Below are positions 43,582-52,380 of a stretch of DNA of 54,672 nt, piece by piece (positions within the stretch are counted from its first letter, which is position 1; every line of letters starts with the position of its first letter). The stretch is from a virus. Its lineage: Duplodnaviria > Caudoviricetes. A model generated the notes under the pieces. The model made no database searches. It was not told where the DNA came from and saw only the letters and a program-made list of their open reading frames with translations. The translations under genes and the position numbers were made by a program. Where the stretch lies: positions 1-54,672 of IMG/VR virus record IMGVR_UViG_3300046780_001084; one strand, written 5' to 3'.

Positions 43582-44694
43582 TTACTCGTCGTCTGCTGAG
43601 TTCTTGGCGTCTTCCGCGTCGAACACGCCACGCGTGTCGCGAGCGAACAGCTCCGCCACGATCTCGTCGCACAGAGCCTGGTCCTTCTTCAGGTCTTCCC
43701 AGACCTTCTCCTTGCCGCGCCACTCGTGCGCGCCGAACTTGTACTGGCTCAGGCTCGGACGCTCGATGATGCCACGGTTGACGCCGAGGGTGAAGACCTC
43801 TTCCCAGGCGTTAACGAGCCCCGTGCGGTGACCCAGCGTGAACTCGCCGACGCGACCCTTAGGACCGCAGGACGAGTCCTTCATCGTCACCTTGATCTTG
43901 TGCGCCGTCTTCTCGCCCTTGGAGTTCTTGTCCATGTCCGTGGCGTCGGTGTCACGGAACTCCTTGCCGTCCAGAGACACGCGGCCTTCGACGTTGCGGT
44001 TCGGCTCGACGTACACGAAGTACTCACCGAAGTGCTGGAGCGCGAACGGGAGGGCCATGCGGACCTTGTTGCCGCGCTTCTGCTCCAGAGCGTCCATCTC
44101 CACGCGGACCTGGCAGACGACCAGCAGCGCGATCTTGTGATCGCGGATGGGCTTGAGGATGCGCTTGAACCCGCGGCCGAGCGTACGTGCCTCGTCGGCG
44201 ACGAACTGCTTTTCGAGCGTGGTGGCCTCGTTGGCCGACATGCCCTGGATGCTGTTCGCCGAGTCGATGATGATCGCCGCGATGTTCAGCCCGTCCTTGC
44301 ACATGGCCGGGATGTCGTTGCTGATGCGGTCGAAGATCTCGACGGGGTCGTTCGTCTGCCAGACGATGAACCTCTTCGGGTCGATGCCGAAGTCCTTCGC
44401 CAGCTCTTCCGGCGTGGCCTGCACCTGCGCGCGGAACTCGGCGTCGACCTTGATGACGAACGCCGTGGGATCGTTCTGGTGAATCCAGCCAGCGCACATG
44501 TTCGAGATGAGCGACTTGCCGCCCTTCGGGGGTCCGCCGAGGATGACGGAGTAGCCGCGCGGGAGACCGTGGCCCTTGCCGAAGATGAAGTCCACCGATG
44601 GGCTGGAGGTGCGGATGACGTTCTGGTGCGGGTCGAGCCATTCGGTGACCGCGTCGTCGTACTTCGTGAGTGCTGCGAACCAATCTTTTGCCAT
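43582..44694 (-). CDS. RecA/UvsX-like recombinase
   Basis: GPPKGGKS Walker A, VDAE, IIIDS, EAR...VCQVR. Confidence 0.9.
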   Translation of the reverse strand: MAKDWFAALTKYDDAVTEWLDPHQNVIRTSSPSVDFIFGKGHGLPRGYSVILGGPPKGGKSLISNMCAGWIHQNDPTAFVIKVDAEFRAQVQATPEELAKDFGIDPKRFIVWQTNDPVEIFDRISNDIPAMCKDGLNIAAIIIDSANSIQGMSANEATTLEKQFVADEARTLGRGFKRILKPIRDHKIALLVVCQVRVEMDALEQKRGNKVRMALPFALQHFGEYFVYVEPNRNVEGRVSLDGKEFRDTDATDMDKNSKGEKTAHKIKVTMKDSSCGPKGRVGEFTLGHRTGLVNAWEEVFTLGVNRGIIERPSLSQYKFGAHEWRGKEKVWEDLKKDQALCDEIVAELFARDTRGVFDAEDAKNSADDE

Positions 44695-44706
44695 TGTGAT
44701 TCTCCG

Positions 44707-45342
44707 TTACCTGTCGTAGCGAGGTTTTCCGTAGCCCGTCTTGGGCGGGTTTGTGGTTGGTGCTGGGGTTGGGGTTGTGGTTGGCGCTGGGGTGGACTGT
44801 GGTGGACGTGGTTGCGAGAACGGCTTCTGACTGCCGCCACCGCTGAGGTTGGGGTTGTTGATGCGCGTGGACATGTCGTAAGCGTCCTCGCCCATGATCT
44901 TCTTGACCGACGAGTAGGAGTTCTCGAAGGACTTCATCTTGCCCTTGAGCCACTCCTGCGCCGCGAAGATCTGGTCGACGCGATCCTGGAGGGTCTCGTA
45001 CTCGGGGTCGAGGACGATGACGGCGTCGCGCGAGTCCTTCGTCGAAGCGACGTTGCGGGTTTTGAGGAAGTCTTCGGCCTCGTAGAGCAGGATGCGCGCC
45101 TTGCGCTTCTCGACCTGGGCCTTCGCCTTGACGAGGTCGGCCGCGAGGCCCTTGACGAGCTTGTCCGTTTCGAGCCACGCGTAGTTGAACGTGTACAGCA
45201 ACTCCGGCGCCTTCACCGGAGTGACCATGGCGACCTCGCGCTGGCGCGCTTCGGCGGTCAGAATCTCTCCGAGGTTGAGGATCCGGTCGGGCAGGTCCTT
45301 CGTCGCACTCGGAAGCGAAAGTGTCGTACCTTCGATGAGCAT
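44707..45342 (-). CDS. Helical protein, possible UvsY-like recombination mediator
   Basis: Coiled coil, STKDSRDAVIVLDPEY; located between SSB and RecA. Confidence 0.6.
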   Translation of the reverse strand: MLIEGTTLSLPSATKDLPDRILNLGEILTAEARQREVAMVTPVKAPELLYTFNYAWLETDKLVKGLAADLVKAKAQVEKRKARILLYEAEDFLKTRNVASTKDSRDAVIVLDPEYETLQDRVDQIFAAQEWLKGKMKSFENSYSSVKKIMGEDAYDMSTRINNPNLSGGGSQKPFSQPRPPQSTPAPTTTPTPAPTTNPPKTGYGKPRYDR

Positions 45343-45447
45343 GTGTCCCCTGTTGAAAGGGGTCGGGTGTTTAACTATGACAGATCCTCCCTGCGAGGAT
45401 CACATCGTCCGGAGACATCCTCCGGCACTATGCCCCGACCGGAGGTG

Positions 45448-46647
45448 TTAGGCGGGCTGCTGTGAGTTGAAGAACTTGAGGAAGTCCTCGTCGTTCATGT
45501 CGAGCGGGTTCTGCGCGGGAGCAGCATCCGCCGCCGGGGCGGGAGCCACCTCGGCCTTCTCCGCCGCCTTCGCCGCCGTGACGGCCGCAGCCGCGCGGCG
45601 TGCCGCCTCTTCCGCCTTGGCCTTCGCCTCGGCCACGACCTTGGCCTTCGCCTCGTCCGCCTTCTTGGCGAAGATCGCCTCGGCCTTGGCCCTCATCTCC
45701 GGCGTGATGGTCGGAGCCGACACGGTGCCGGTGGCAGCGATGCCCTGGGGAGCCGTGCGAGCGGCAGGCGGCGCATCGCCGACCTCCCCCTCTTCACGGT
45801 CGGAGGCCTGGACCTGGCGCGAGACCTGCTGCTCGCGCGCACCGAAGATCTTGTCGACCGCCTCGGGCGAAGCGTCGCTCTGGACGAGGGCGTAGATCTG
45901 CTCCTCGCTCAGCAGCGTGCCGCCGAGAGTCGCCAGGTCGCGGCACTCCTTGAGGCCGCGGGCCTGCTCTTCGGGGGTGAGAGGCGCCAGCTCGATGTCG
46001 AGCGAGCCCTTGCGCTCGCCCGGCCGCATGACGACCTCGACGACGTCGGGGACGCTGAAGCCGTCACCCAGGCGCTTGATGTTGAACCACACGCCCTGGT
46101 CGAGATCGAGAGCGTCGATCTGCTGGTTGTCCAGCAGCTCGGCGATCTTGGAGTCGATGCCCTTCTTGTGCGTCTTGTGGTTGATCTTGTAGTCGCCGAA
46201 CGAGCGGTCCTTGTACATCACGTTGATGTACCACTTGCGCTCCGGCGCGTGCTGCTGGAGCCAGAGGTCGAAGGCCTTCATGTCGGGGTCGGCCTTGACC
46301 GCCTTATCGTCCATGCCCTTCGCCTTCAGCACGGCCTCGTAGGCGGTGGCTTCCTTCTCCTTGGCGCGGAAGTTGTCGCACTCCGGGCACGCCTGGCGGA
46401 CCATGCCGCTGCGGCGATCCTTGTCCTCGATGCAGCGGAACGGCCGCACCGTGGTCTTCGTGGCGTCGCTGCGCGAGATGCCAGCGTAGCCCCAGTGGGT
46501 CGTGTAGTAGACCGCCCACTTGCCCTCGTCTCCCAGGGAGTGCATCGGGGGCATGATGCGGATCACGTTGTCCCCCGGCCCCTTGCCCGGCTTCCCGGTC
46601 TTCTGAAACTTCTGATCGCTGCCGTACTTCGCTTTGCCGTATCCCAT
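45448..46647 (-). CDS. Single-stranded DNA-binding protein (gp32-like)
   Basis: GDNVIRIMPP, HW, C...CPEC, WYINV, D.DQGVWFNIKR.G, acidic/Phe C-terminus DMNDEDFLKFF. Confidence 0.8.
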   Translation of the reverse strand: MGYGKAKYGSDQKFQKTGKPGKGPGDNVIRIMPPMHSLGDEGKWAVYYTTHWGYAGISRSDATKTTVRPFRCIEDKDRRSGMVRQACPECDNFRAKEKEATAYEAVLKAKGMDDKAVKADPDMKAFDLWLQQHAPERKWYINVMYKDRSFGDYKINHKTHKKGIDSKIAELLDNQQIDALDLDQGVWFNIKRLGDGFSVPDVVEVVMRPGERKGSLDIELAPLTPEEQARGLKECRDLATLGGTLLSEEQIYALVQSDASPEAVDKIFGAREQQVSRQVQASDREEGEVGDAPPAARTAPQGIAATGTVSAPTITPEMRAKAEAIFAKKADEAKAKVVAEAKAKAEEAARRAAAAVTAAKAAEKAEVAPAPAADAAPAQNPLDMNDEDFLKFFNSQQPA

Positions 46648-46736
46648 GGCGTACTCCTGATTTTGGTTCTTGCTTACTGCTTTGGCCGAGGAACCATTCC
46701 CCGGCCTCCCTGTTGGTGGGAGCTTGTTACTCCCAC

Positions 46737-46750
46737 AGTTCTACTGAATC
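46737..46750 (-). promoter_or_regulatory. Phage motif GATTCAGTAGAACT
   Basis: Heads the structured leader of the SSB gene. Confidence 0.65.
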
Positions 46751-47491
46751 TCAGGCTGAAGCTTTGATGCCCAACCCGTCCCGAAAGATTGTGGCTGCCG
46801 TTTCCTCATTCACGGTATCGATCGAGTCGAGGTCGACGTTGGTGACCTTCGTGAACAGGCCCGCGAGCGGAGCGCGGGTGGTGGCGGAGGCGTTCTTCAC
46901 GACCACCACCAAACGCTTGCCGTTGAAGTCCTTCGCGAGAGCCTGGGTCACGATGTCGGACTGGGCCGAGACCGTCACCGGGACGCTGCCGTTCGAGCGC
47001 GCGACCAGCTCGCGGATGTAGTCCACCAGCTTCTCGCGGTTCTTGACGACGCGCAGCTCGCTGATCTGGGTGCGGTTCAGCGACCCGTCGTAGCCGGTCT
47101 TCTCGACCAGCTCGCGCAAGGCGTGGTCCATCAGGCCGATCTGGGTGATGGAGAACTCCTTGTTGGGGCCGATGCTGTACTGGACGGCATCCGCCAGCTT
47201 CCGGAAGATCTCCTCCGCGTCCACCAGCACCGCGCCGTTGTCCATCGCGATGTTGACGAACTGCTGGCCCTTCGCCTCGTCGCCCTCCAGGAAGAATCCG
47301 TACGACGAGCGCAGGATGCGCGTGAGGTACTCCAGGCGGAGCTTGGGAAGCTTCACCTTGGCCTGGGCGATCCGCACCTCGATGCCCGGTCGACCCGGCA
47401 GCGGGAACTCCTCGGCGCTCTGCTTCGAGAACTTCTCCGTCTTCCTGTAGTCCTTCAGAATCTCATCCAACGTTCGCGGCAGGTTGTTCAT
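46751..47491 (-). CDS. Hypothetical replication-region protein
   Basis: ATG 47491 MNNLPRTLDE with GAGG RBS; overlaps the dnaE end. Confidence 0.8.
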   Translation of the reverse strand: MNNLPRTLDEILKDYRKTEKFSKQSAEEFPLPGRPGIEVRIAQAKVKLPKLRLEYLTRILRSSYGFFLEGDEAKGQQFVNIAMDNGAVLVDAEEIFRKLADAVQYSIGPNKEFSITQIGLMDHALRELVEKTGYDGSLNRTQISELRVVKNREKLVDYIRELVARSNGSVPVTVSAQSDIVTQALAKDFNGKRLVVVVKNASATTRAPLAGLFTKVTNVDLDSIDTVNEETAATIFRDGLGIKASA

Positions 47492-50400
47492 CTTCCTCTT
47501 CCTCTTCTTTTTCTTTGCCCTTCGGTGGTTCCACAACGATCAGGTCCGACAGACCGAAGGGCTTGTCGTCCTTCCAGCGGTTCAAGACTGCGATCACGAC
47601 CGCGCCCTTGAGGGGTTGGCGGTACACGTCCGCGACCTTGTCCGTATCCTTCTTCGGCCACGCCACGAACTCGTAGCGGCTGCCGTCAACATCGAGCTGG
47701 AGCTTGCACATCTCCTTCTCTTTGTTCTCTCCGTACGCGCGCATCTCGTACGTCTCGACGTACGCAGCGACACCGGCCGTGATCGACTGGTTCTCTCCCA
47801 GACGCTGGACCTGGAGTTGCTCCAGCTGGTCGGCGCTCACGACGCCGATGGTGAGGTTCCGGTGCGTCTTCGAGTTGGGCGGCGTCCAGCCCATGTAGTG
47901 GTTGCCGGCGTCGTCCGTCTCGAAGAAGGTGTTGCCGTGCTGGACCTCGATGAGCTTCGCGAGGTCCTCGCCGTACGTGGGCAGGATCTGCTTGCGCGTC
48001 TGGTAGCGCGGGATGGGGCCGATGTCCCAGAGCTTCGGGTCGACCGGCTGAGGCTTCTTCTTGCCCGTCGCCTTCGCCAGCTCCGCCTCGAACATCTCGA
48101 ACTGCTCGCCGACGTGCATGCCCTGGGGGAAGAGCGAGTCCATCGCGCCCGTCAAAATACACGCGCGCACAACCTTGCGGTTGAGGGCGTTGGTGCCGCG
48201 CTTGAGCACGCGCTCGTTGACGGTCGTGGTCTCGGTGAGCTTCTTCTTCGGGTTCGCGGGGTCCGGGACCTTGGTCTTCTTCGTCTTCTCCTTGAAGATC
48301 CACGTGCCGGTGTTGCGCTGGTGCAGGTCGATCTTCTGGCAGAAGTCGGCGATGTCGACGTACGGTGCGTAGAGCTTAAGCTGGTCGCTCGCGGCGTCGC
48401 CAACGCCCTGGAGCTGCGACAGCGGCATGCGGATGCGCTCGCCCTGGATCTCGTAGTTCTCGCCCGAGAGCTTCACGTCCGGCAGGTCGATGATGCGGTT
48501 GATGTGGCGCCAGAACTTGTCCGACACCTCGTTCTTCGAGGCGTTGCGGAGAACCGCGCACCACCACTGGAGCGGGAAGTGGTGCTTCAGGTACGCGCAC
48601 GCGTAGCTGACGGTCACGTAGGCGACCGAGTGGGACTTGTTGAACCCGTACTTGGCCCAGCTGATGAAGAACTTCCACGCCTCTTCGGCCAGCTCGCGGC
48701 TGCCGAGGATCTTGGCGCCGTCGACGAGGAAGGGCTCGTAGAGCTTCTGGATCTTGTCGTACTTCTTCTTGGCGACCAGCTTTCGGAAGTTCTCCGCCTC
48801 GGACAGCGTGCAGTTCGTGATCTGCTGGTACATGAACTGGAGCTGCTCTTGGTACACCATGACCCCGTACGTCTCGGGGATGAGGTCGTTGAACACCTGC
48901 AAGATGTCCGGCGTGGGCTTGTCACCCCGAGCGCGGCGCGCGAACTCGACGAGGGCGTTGTGGGTCTTGTCGAGCTGGTCCGGGTCACGCAGTTCGACCT
49001 TGAGGGCGCCGGGGCGATCGAGCGCGGTGAAGGCCGCCATGTCCTCGATCGAGCTGATGGCGTAGTGTCCGTCCGGCTTGCGGTGGGCAAAGTGACGCAG
49101 CCACTGAACGGCGCCGGGCGTGTTGAACTGGAACACCGTCTCGGTGCGGCCGAGCGCGACGTCCGTGAACACGTCCTGGTCGTCCGGGAGGTCCCAGATG
49201 TCAGCGAACCGCGGGCTGTCCTCGATGATCGGGAGCGGGACGAGGTGGTGCGCCGGCACGAACTTGCCGTTGAGCTGCTGATCCTCGAACGTGAGGCGGT
49301 CCTTGTAGGTCTCGTGGATGAGGCGGATGCAGTCGGTGATGTCGTCGAGCGCGCCGAGGCCGAGGAAGTCCATCTTCAGCCCGCCGACTGCTTCGACCGA
49401 GCCCGCGGTGTAGGCGGTGACGCGGCCGTCGGTGACGGTGGTGAGCGGGATGAACTCGTTGATGGGCTTGTTCGCGATGACGAACGCACATGCGTGCTTG
49501 CCCTTGTGGCGCGTGAGGCCGAGGCATTTCTGGACGATGTCCCAGTCGCCTGGGAACGCCCTGATGTACGCCATCAGCGCGGGATCGTACTCGACCGACC
49601 CCTGGATGTGCTGCTCGCCTTCCTTGTCGTTGCCCATGACGAACTCATGGTCCGTCATGCCCTGCGGCGGCATGATCATCCGGCCGGTGAACGAGTAGAT
49701 CTCCTTGGGAACGTGACCTCGGCGCTCGCGCGAGACGTCCTGGATGGCCTGGCGCACGCGCAGCGTGGAGTCGACTGAGATCTGGGCGTAGTGGTCCCCG
49801 AAGCGCTTCTTGAGCCATCCGGTCTGGTCGTCGATGAGCAGCCCGCGGCGGAGCTTCGGCAAGTCCTGGTCGATGTCGGGGAGACCGCCGGACGCGATAC
49901 GGTCGAGGGTGATGAAACGCTCGACCGAGAGCTTGTACTTCAGCGGGTCGACGTGGGTGATGCCCAGGAGGTACGCCAAGATGAGGCCGGCGGCCGAACC
50001 ACGGCCCGGACCCGTGAGAAGCTTCTGCTCCTCGAAGAAGCTGCACACCTCTTCGTCGACCATGAGGTACGGCAGCAGGTCGATGGTGCCGTTGTTGTGG
50101 AGCAGCTCAATCTCGATCTTCAGCCGCGCGACCATGGCCGGGTTCTGCCAGTCCATTCTCCCGTGCTTCGCGATGAGGTCCATCGTGTAGCGGAGAGAGT
50201 CGTGCTTGTCGCCCTTGAACCAAGTCTGGAGGGCGTACTTCTCCTCGTAGAACTTGGTGGGCAAGCTCGGGGGCGTGTTGAACTCGAAGGCCTTGAACTG
50301 CTCGGCCCACGCGTGGGAGTTGTCGACCCAGCTCTCGAACTCGCCGGGGCGGAGCGCGAGCTTGTGTTCGATCACGGTCTGAGCTTCCGCGCTGCTCATG

Positions 50401-51449
50401 CGGTGGTAGCTGCCGTAGAAGCGCCACGGGCCGCTCTGCGCGAGGCGGACGTCCTGGACAACCTTCTCGTCCGGGGTCGCGTAGTGGCTGTCGTCGCCAA
50501 CCAAGATCGGAACGTTGTAGCGCTGCGCGAGGATGCGCATGGCCTTGTTCAGCCCAGCTTGGATGTCGCCGTCCGGCGCCCAGGGGCGGCACTCGTTGGG
50601 GAGGTAGTCGCGGATCTCCTCGCATCGTTCGATCTCGACCGGCGGCAGCTCTTCCCACACGCGGTTGTTCTTGACCGCCAGCAGGACCTTGTGCTCGCCG
50701 CTCTTCCACTGCTTCGCCAGCTCACCGGCCTTGATCTCGCCGACGTTGGTGCGGAGGGTCTTGCCGTCGTACCAGCGGAGCTTGGTGCCGTCCTTCATCG
50801 TGAGGAAGATGCCCTGGACCCAGTTCATGCTGGTGTCGTGCGGGTTCAGCTCGACGTAGAGGTTGCCGGGCTTCACGATCGACTTCAGCTTCTCGAAGTA
50901 CGCCGTGGCCGTGGCCATGTCGTCGTTGTCCTTCAAATGGCGCTGGACGACGCCGATCATGCAGCCGGTGGTCATCGTGACGTTGTGAGAGCCCAGCTCT
51001 TCCAGGTCGCGCCACGTGAAGAGCGGCTTGCGCTCCTTGCCGTGCTTGCGATCGTCCGGCTCCATCTTCTCCAGGCGAGATTCGAGGGCCGCGTCGGCCG
51101 CCGAGAGCAGGCGGATCGCGCACTCGTACGCGGTTTGGTCCTTGAAGTGGACGCAGAAGTGCATGTACTTGGGGGCGTTCATGAACGCGCCGCGGTCGTT
51201 CTTGCGGTACCCGTGCTTGGTCAGAATCGGGCAGTCGTCGTCACGGAGGTAGCCTTCCATGCCGAGGACTGGCGTGAGGCTGTTGGCCTTGGCCAGATCG
51301 TAGATCTCGCGGCACGCCGCGAGCGACCCGTGGTCGGTGGCGGTCAGTACCCCGGTGCCCAGCTCCACCTCGCGCGCGGCGAAAGCCTCCGGAGTGGAGC
51401 CAGAGTCGAGACTCTGGGGGTGGGAATGGCAGGTCGCGAAATTCTTCAC
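47463..51449 (-). CDS. dnaE: DNA polymerase III alpha subunit (family C)
   Basis: PHP H.H..SLD, TDHG, GPGRGSAAG..YLLGIT.VDP, LPDIDQD, GKHA, KMDFLGL, VFQF, VYQEQ, YGFNKSHS, C-terminal OB fold. Confidence 0.97.
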   Translation of the reverse strand: MKNFATCHSHPQSLDSGSTPEAFAAREVELGTGVLTATDHGSLAACREIYDLAKANSLTPVLGMEGYLRDDDCPILTKHGYRKNDRGAFMNAPKYMHFCVHFKDQTAYECAIRLLSAADAALESRLEKMEPDDRKHGKERKPLFTWRDLEELGSHNVTMTTGCMIGVVQRHLKDNDDMATATAYFEKLKSIVKPGNLYVELNPHDTSMNWVQGIFLTMKDGTKLRWYDGKTLRTNVGEIKAGELAKQWKSGEHKVLLAVKNNRVWEELPPVEIERCEEIRDYLPNECRPWAPDGDIQAGLNKAMRILAQRYNVPILVGDDSHYATPDEKVVQDVRLAQSGPWRFYGSYHRMSSAEAQTVIEHKLALRPGEFESWVDNSHAWAEQFKAFEFNTPPSLPTKFYEEKYALQTWFKGDKHDSLRYTMDLIAKHGRMDWQNPAMVARLKIEIELLHNNGTIDLLPYLMVDEEVCSFFEEQKLLTGPGRGSAAGLILAYLLGITHVDPLKYKLSVERFITLDRIASGGLPDIDQDLPKLRRGLLIDDQTGWLKKRFGDHYAQISVDSTLRVRQAIQDVSRERRGHVPKEIYSFTGRMIMPPQGMTDHEFVMGNDKEGEQHIQGSVEYDPALMAYIRAFPGDWDIVQKCLGLTRHKGKHACAFVIANKPINEFIPLTTVTDGRVTAYTAGSVEAVGGLKMDFLGLGALDDITDCIRLIHETYKDRLTFEDQQLNGKFVPAHHLVPLPIIEDSPRFADIWDLPDDQDVFTDVALGRTETVFQFNTPGAVQWLRHFAHRKPDGHYAISSIEDMAAFTALDRPGALKVELRDPDQLDKTHNALVEFARRARGDKPTPDILQVFNDLIPETYGVMVYQEQLQFMYQQITNCTLSEAENFRKLVAKKKYDKIQKLYEPFLVDGAKILGSRELAEEAWKFFISWAKYGFNKSHSVAYVTVSYACAYLKHHFPLQWWCAVLRNASKNEVSDKFWRHINRIIDLPDVKLSGENYEIQGERIRMPLSQLQGVGDAASDQLKLYAPYVDIADFCQKIDLHQRNTGTWIFKEKTKKTKVPDPANPKKKLTETTTVNERVLKRGTNALNRKVVRACILTGAMDSLFPQGMHVGEQFEMFEAELAKATGKKKPQPVDPKLWDIGPIPRYQTRKQILPTYGEDLAKLIEVQHGNTFFETDDAGNHYMGWTPPNSKTHRNLTIGVVSADQLEQLQVQRLGENQSITAGVAAYVETYEMRAYGENKEKEMCKLQLDVDGSRYEFVAWPKKDTDKVADVYRQPLKGAVVIAVLNRWKDDKPFGLSDLIVVEPPKGKEKEEEEEDEQPAANVG

Positions 51450-51455
51450 TAACCT

Positions 51456-51469
51456 ACTTCTACGGAATT
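51456..51469 (-). promoter_or_regulatory. Phage motif AATTCCGTAGAAGT
   Basis: Ends 6 nt before the dnaE GTG. Confidence 0.6.
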
Positions 51470-51770
51470 ACTTCTTGGACTTCTCCGGCTTCTTCGGAAC
51501 CGGTGCAATCCTGGGCGCTTCGCTGGGGGAGTGCCGGAACTCGGTGTCGAGGACATCGGGGTTCCAGTAGCCGGCGTCCGAGATGTTGAACTCCTGCCCA
51601 TTCACCTTGAGGCCGGCGATCCAGTGACGCTTGCAGTCCACGCAGCGCAGACGGTGGGCGAAGTTCTGGAAGTGGAGGTGAGGGTGCTTGCACTTCTTCG
51701 CCTCCTCCTCAGCCTTGCGCAGCTCCTCGCGCTTGACGGCCGCTGCCAGCGGGTCCTTCTTCTTCTTCAC
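51468..51770 (-). CDS. Hypothetical protein with CxH...CxxC
   Basis: GTG 51770, GTGA overlap. Confidence 0.7.
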   Translation of the reverse strand: MKKKKDPLAAAVKREELRKAEEEAKKCKHPHLHFQNFAHRLRCVDCKRHWIAGLKVNGQEFNISDAGYWNPDVLDTEFRHSPSEAPRIAPVPKKPEKSKK

Positions 51771-51988
51771 GGCTCTTCGACGCCCATCTTCTCGCGGAGC
51801 TTGACGACGACCTTGTCGAACTCGGGCTCGACCTCTTCCTCTTCGATCATCAGCGCGTTGGCGATGACGTTGTTGGGGGCGCCATCCGGATAGCGCTCTT
51901 CCAGCTTCTTGAGGGAGTAGTCGTATCGCTTCGTGTTGACGAAATCGGGCTCCTCGTGGACCTTCTTGCGAGTCTCTTCTTCGTTCAT
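51767..51988 (-). CDS. Small HTH protein (sigma region-4-like)
   Basis: GAPNNVIANALMIEEEEVE..FDKVVVKLREKM. Confidence 0.65.
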   Translation of the reverse strand: MNEEETRKKVHEEPDFVNTKRYDYSLKKLEERYPDGAPNNVIANALMIEEEEVEPEFDKVVVKLREKMGVEEP

Positions 51989-52377
51989 TTCGTCCTCCGG
52001 AATTCCAAGACCTCACCCATGCTCGCCAAGGCGTCCTTCGCGCGCGCGATCTCAGCCAGGCGGCCGTCCACCTGCTTGCGGAGAATCAGCACGGTCTTGC
52101 TCAACCCGTGCACCTTCGTCGCGGCCTCGTTGAACTTCTCCTTCGCATCCTTCAGGAGCTGGAGCACCCCGCGGTACTCCTTGACGTCGACGATCGTGGC
52201 CTTGAACTGCATGAACTTGTGGTTGGTCTTGTGGTGCGCCCAGTCGACACGCTTCTCTTCCATGTCCTCCTGGGCGTGCGTAAGTGCGATCTCCTTCTGC
52301 TTCAGGACGACCTGGTCATCCTTGAGACCCTTCTGCACGTCGCAGATGTGGGTCTCCAGATCCGTCTTCTTGGACAC
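51985..52377 (-). CDS. Coiled-coil hypothetical protein
   Basis: 130 aa with heptad pattern. Confidence 0.75.
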   Translation of the reverse strand: MSKKTDLETHICDVQKGLKDDQVVLKQKEIALTHAQEDMEEKRVDWAHHKTNHKFMQFKATIVDVKEYRGVLQLLKDAKEKFNEAATKVHGLSKTVLILRKQVDGRLAEIARAKDALASMGEVLEFRRTK

Positions 52378-52380
52378 GGG

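Noticed and set aside
44681-44687. CAATCTT on the plus strand
   Set aside because: Inside the first codons of the minus-strand recA-like gene with no downstream sense gene
47484-51452. Long plus-strand ORFs (764 and 553 aa) antisense to dnaE, and similar shadow ORFs throughout
   Set aside because: Expected from high GC3 codon bias; no motifs, and they fully overlap well-supported genes
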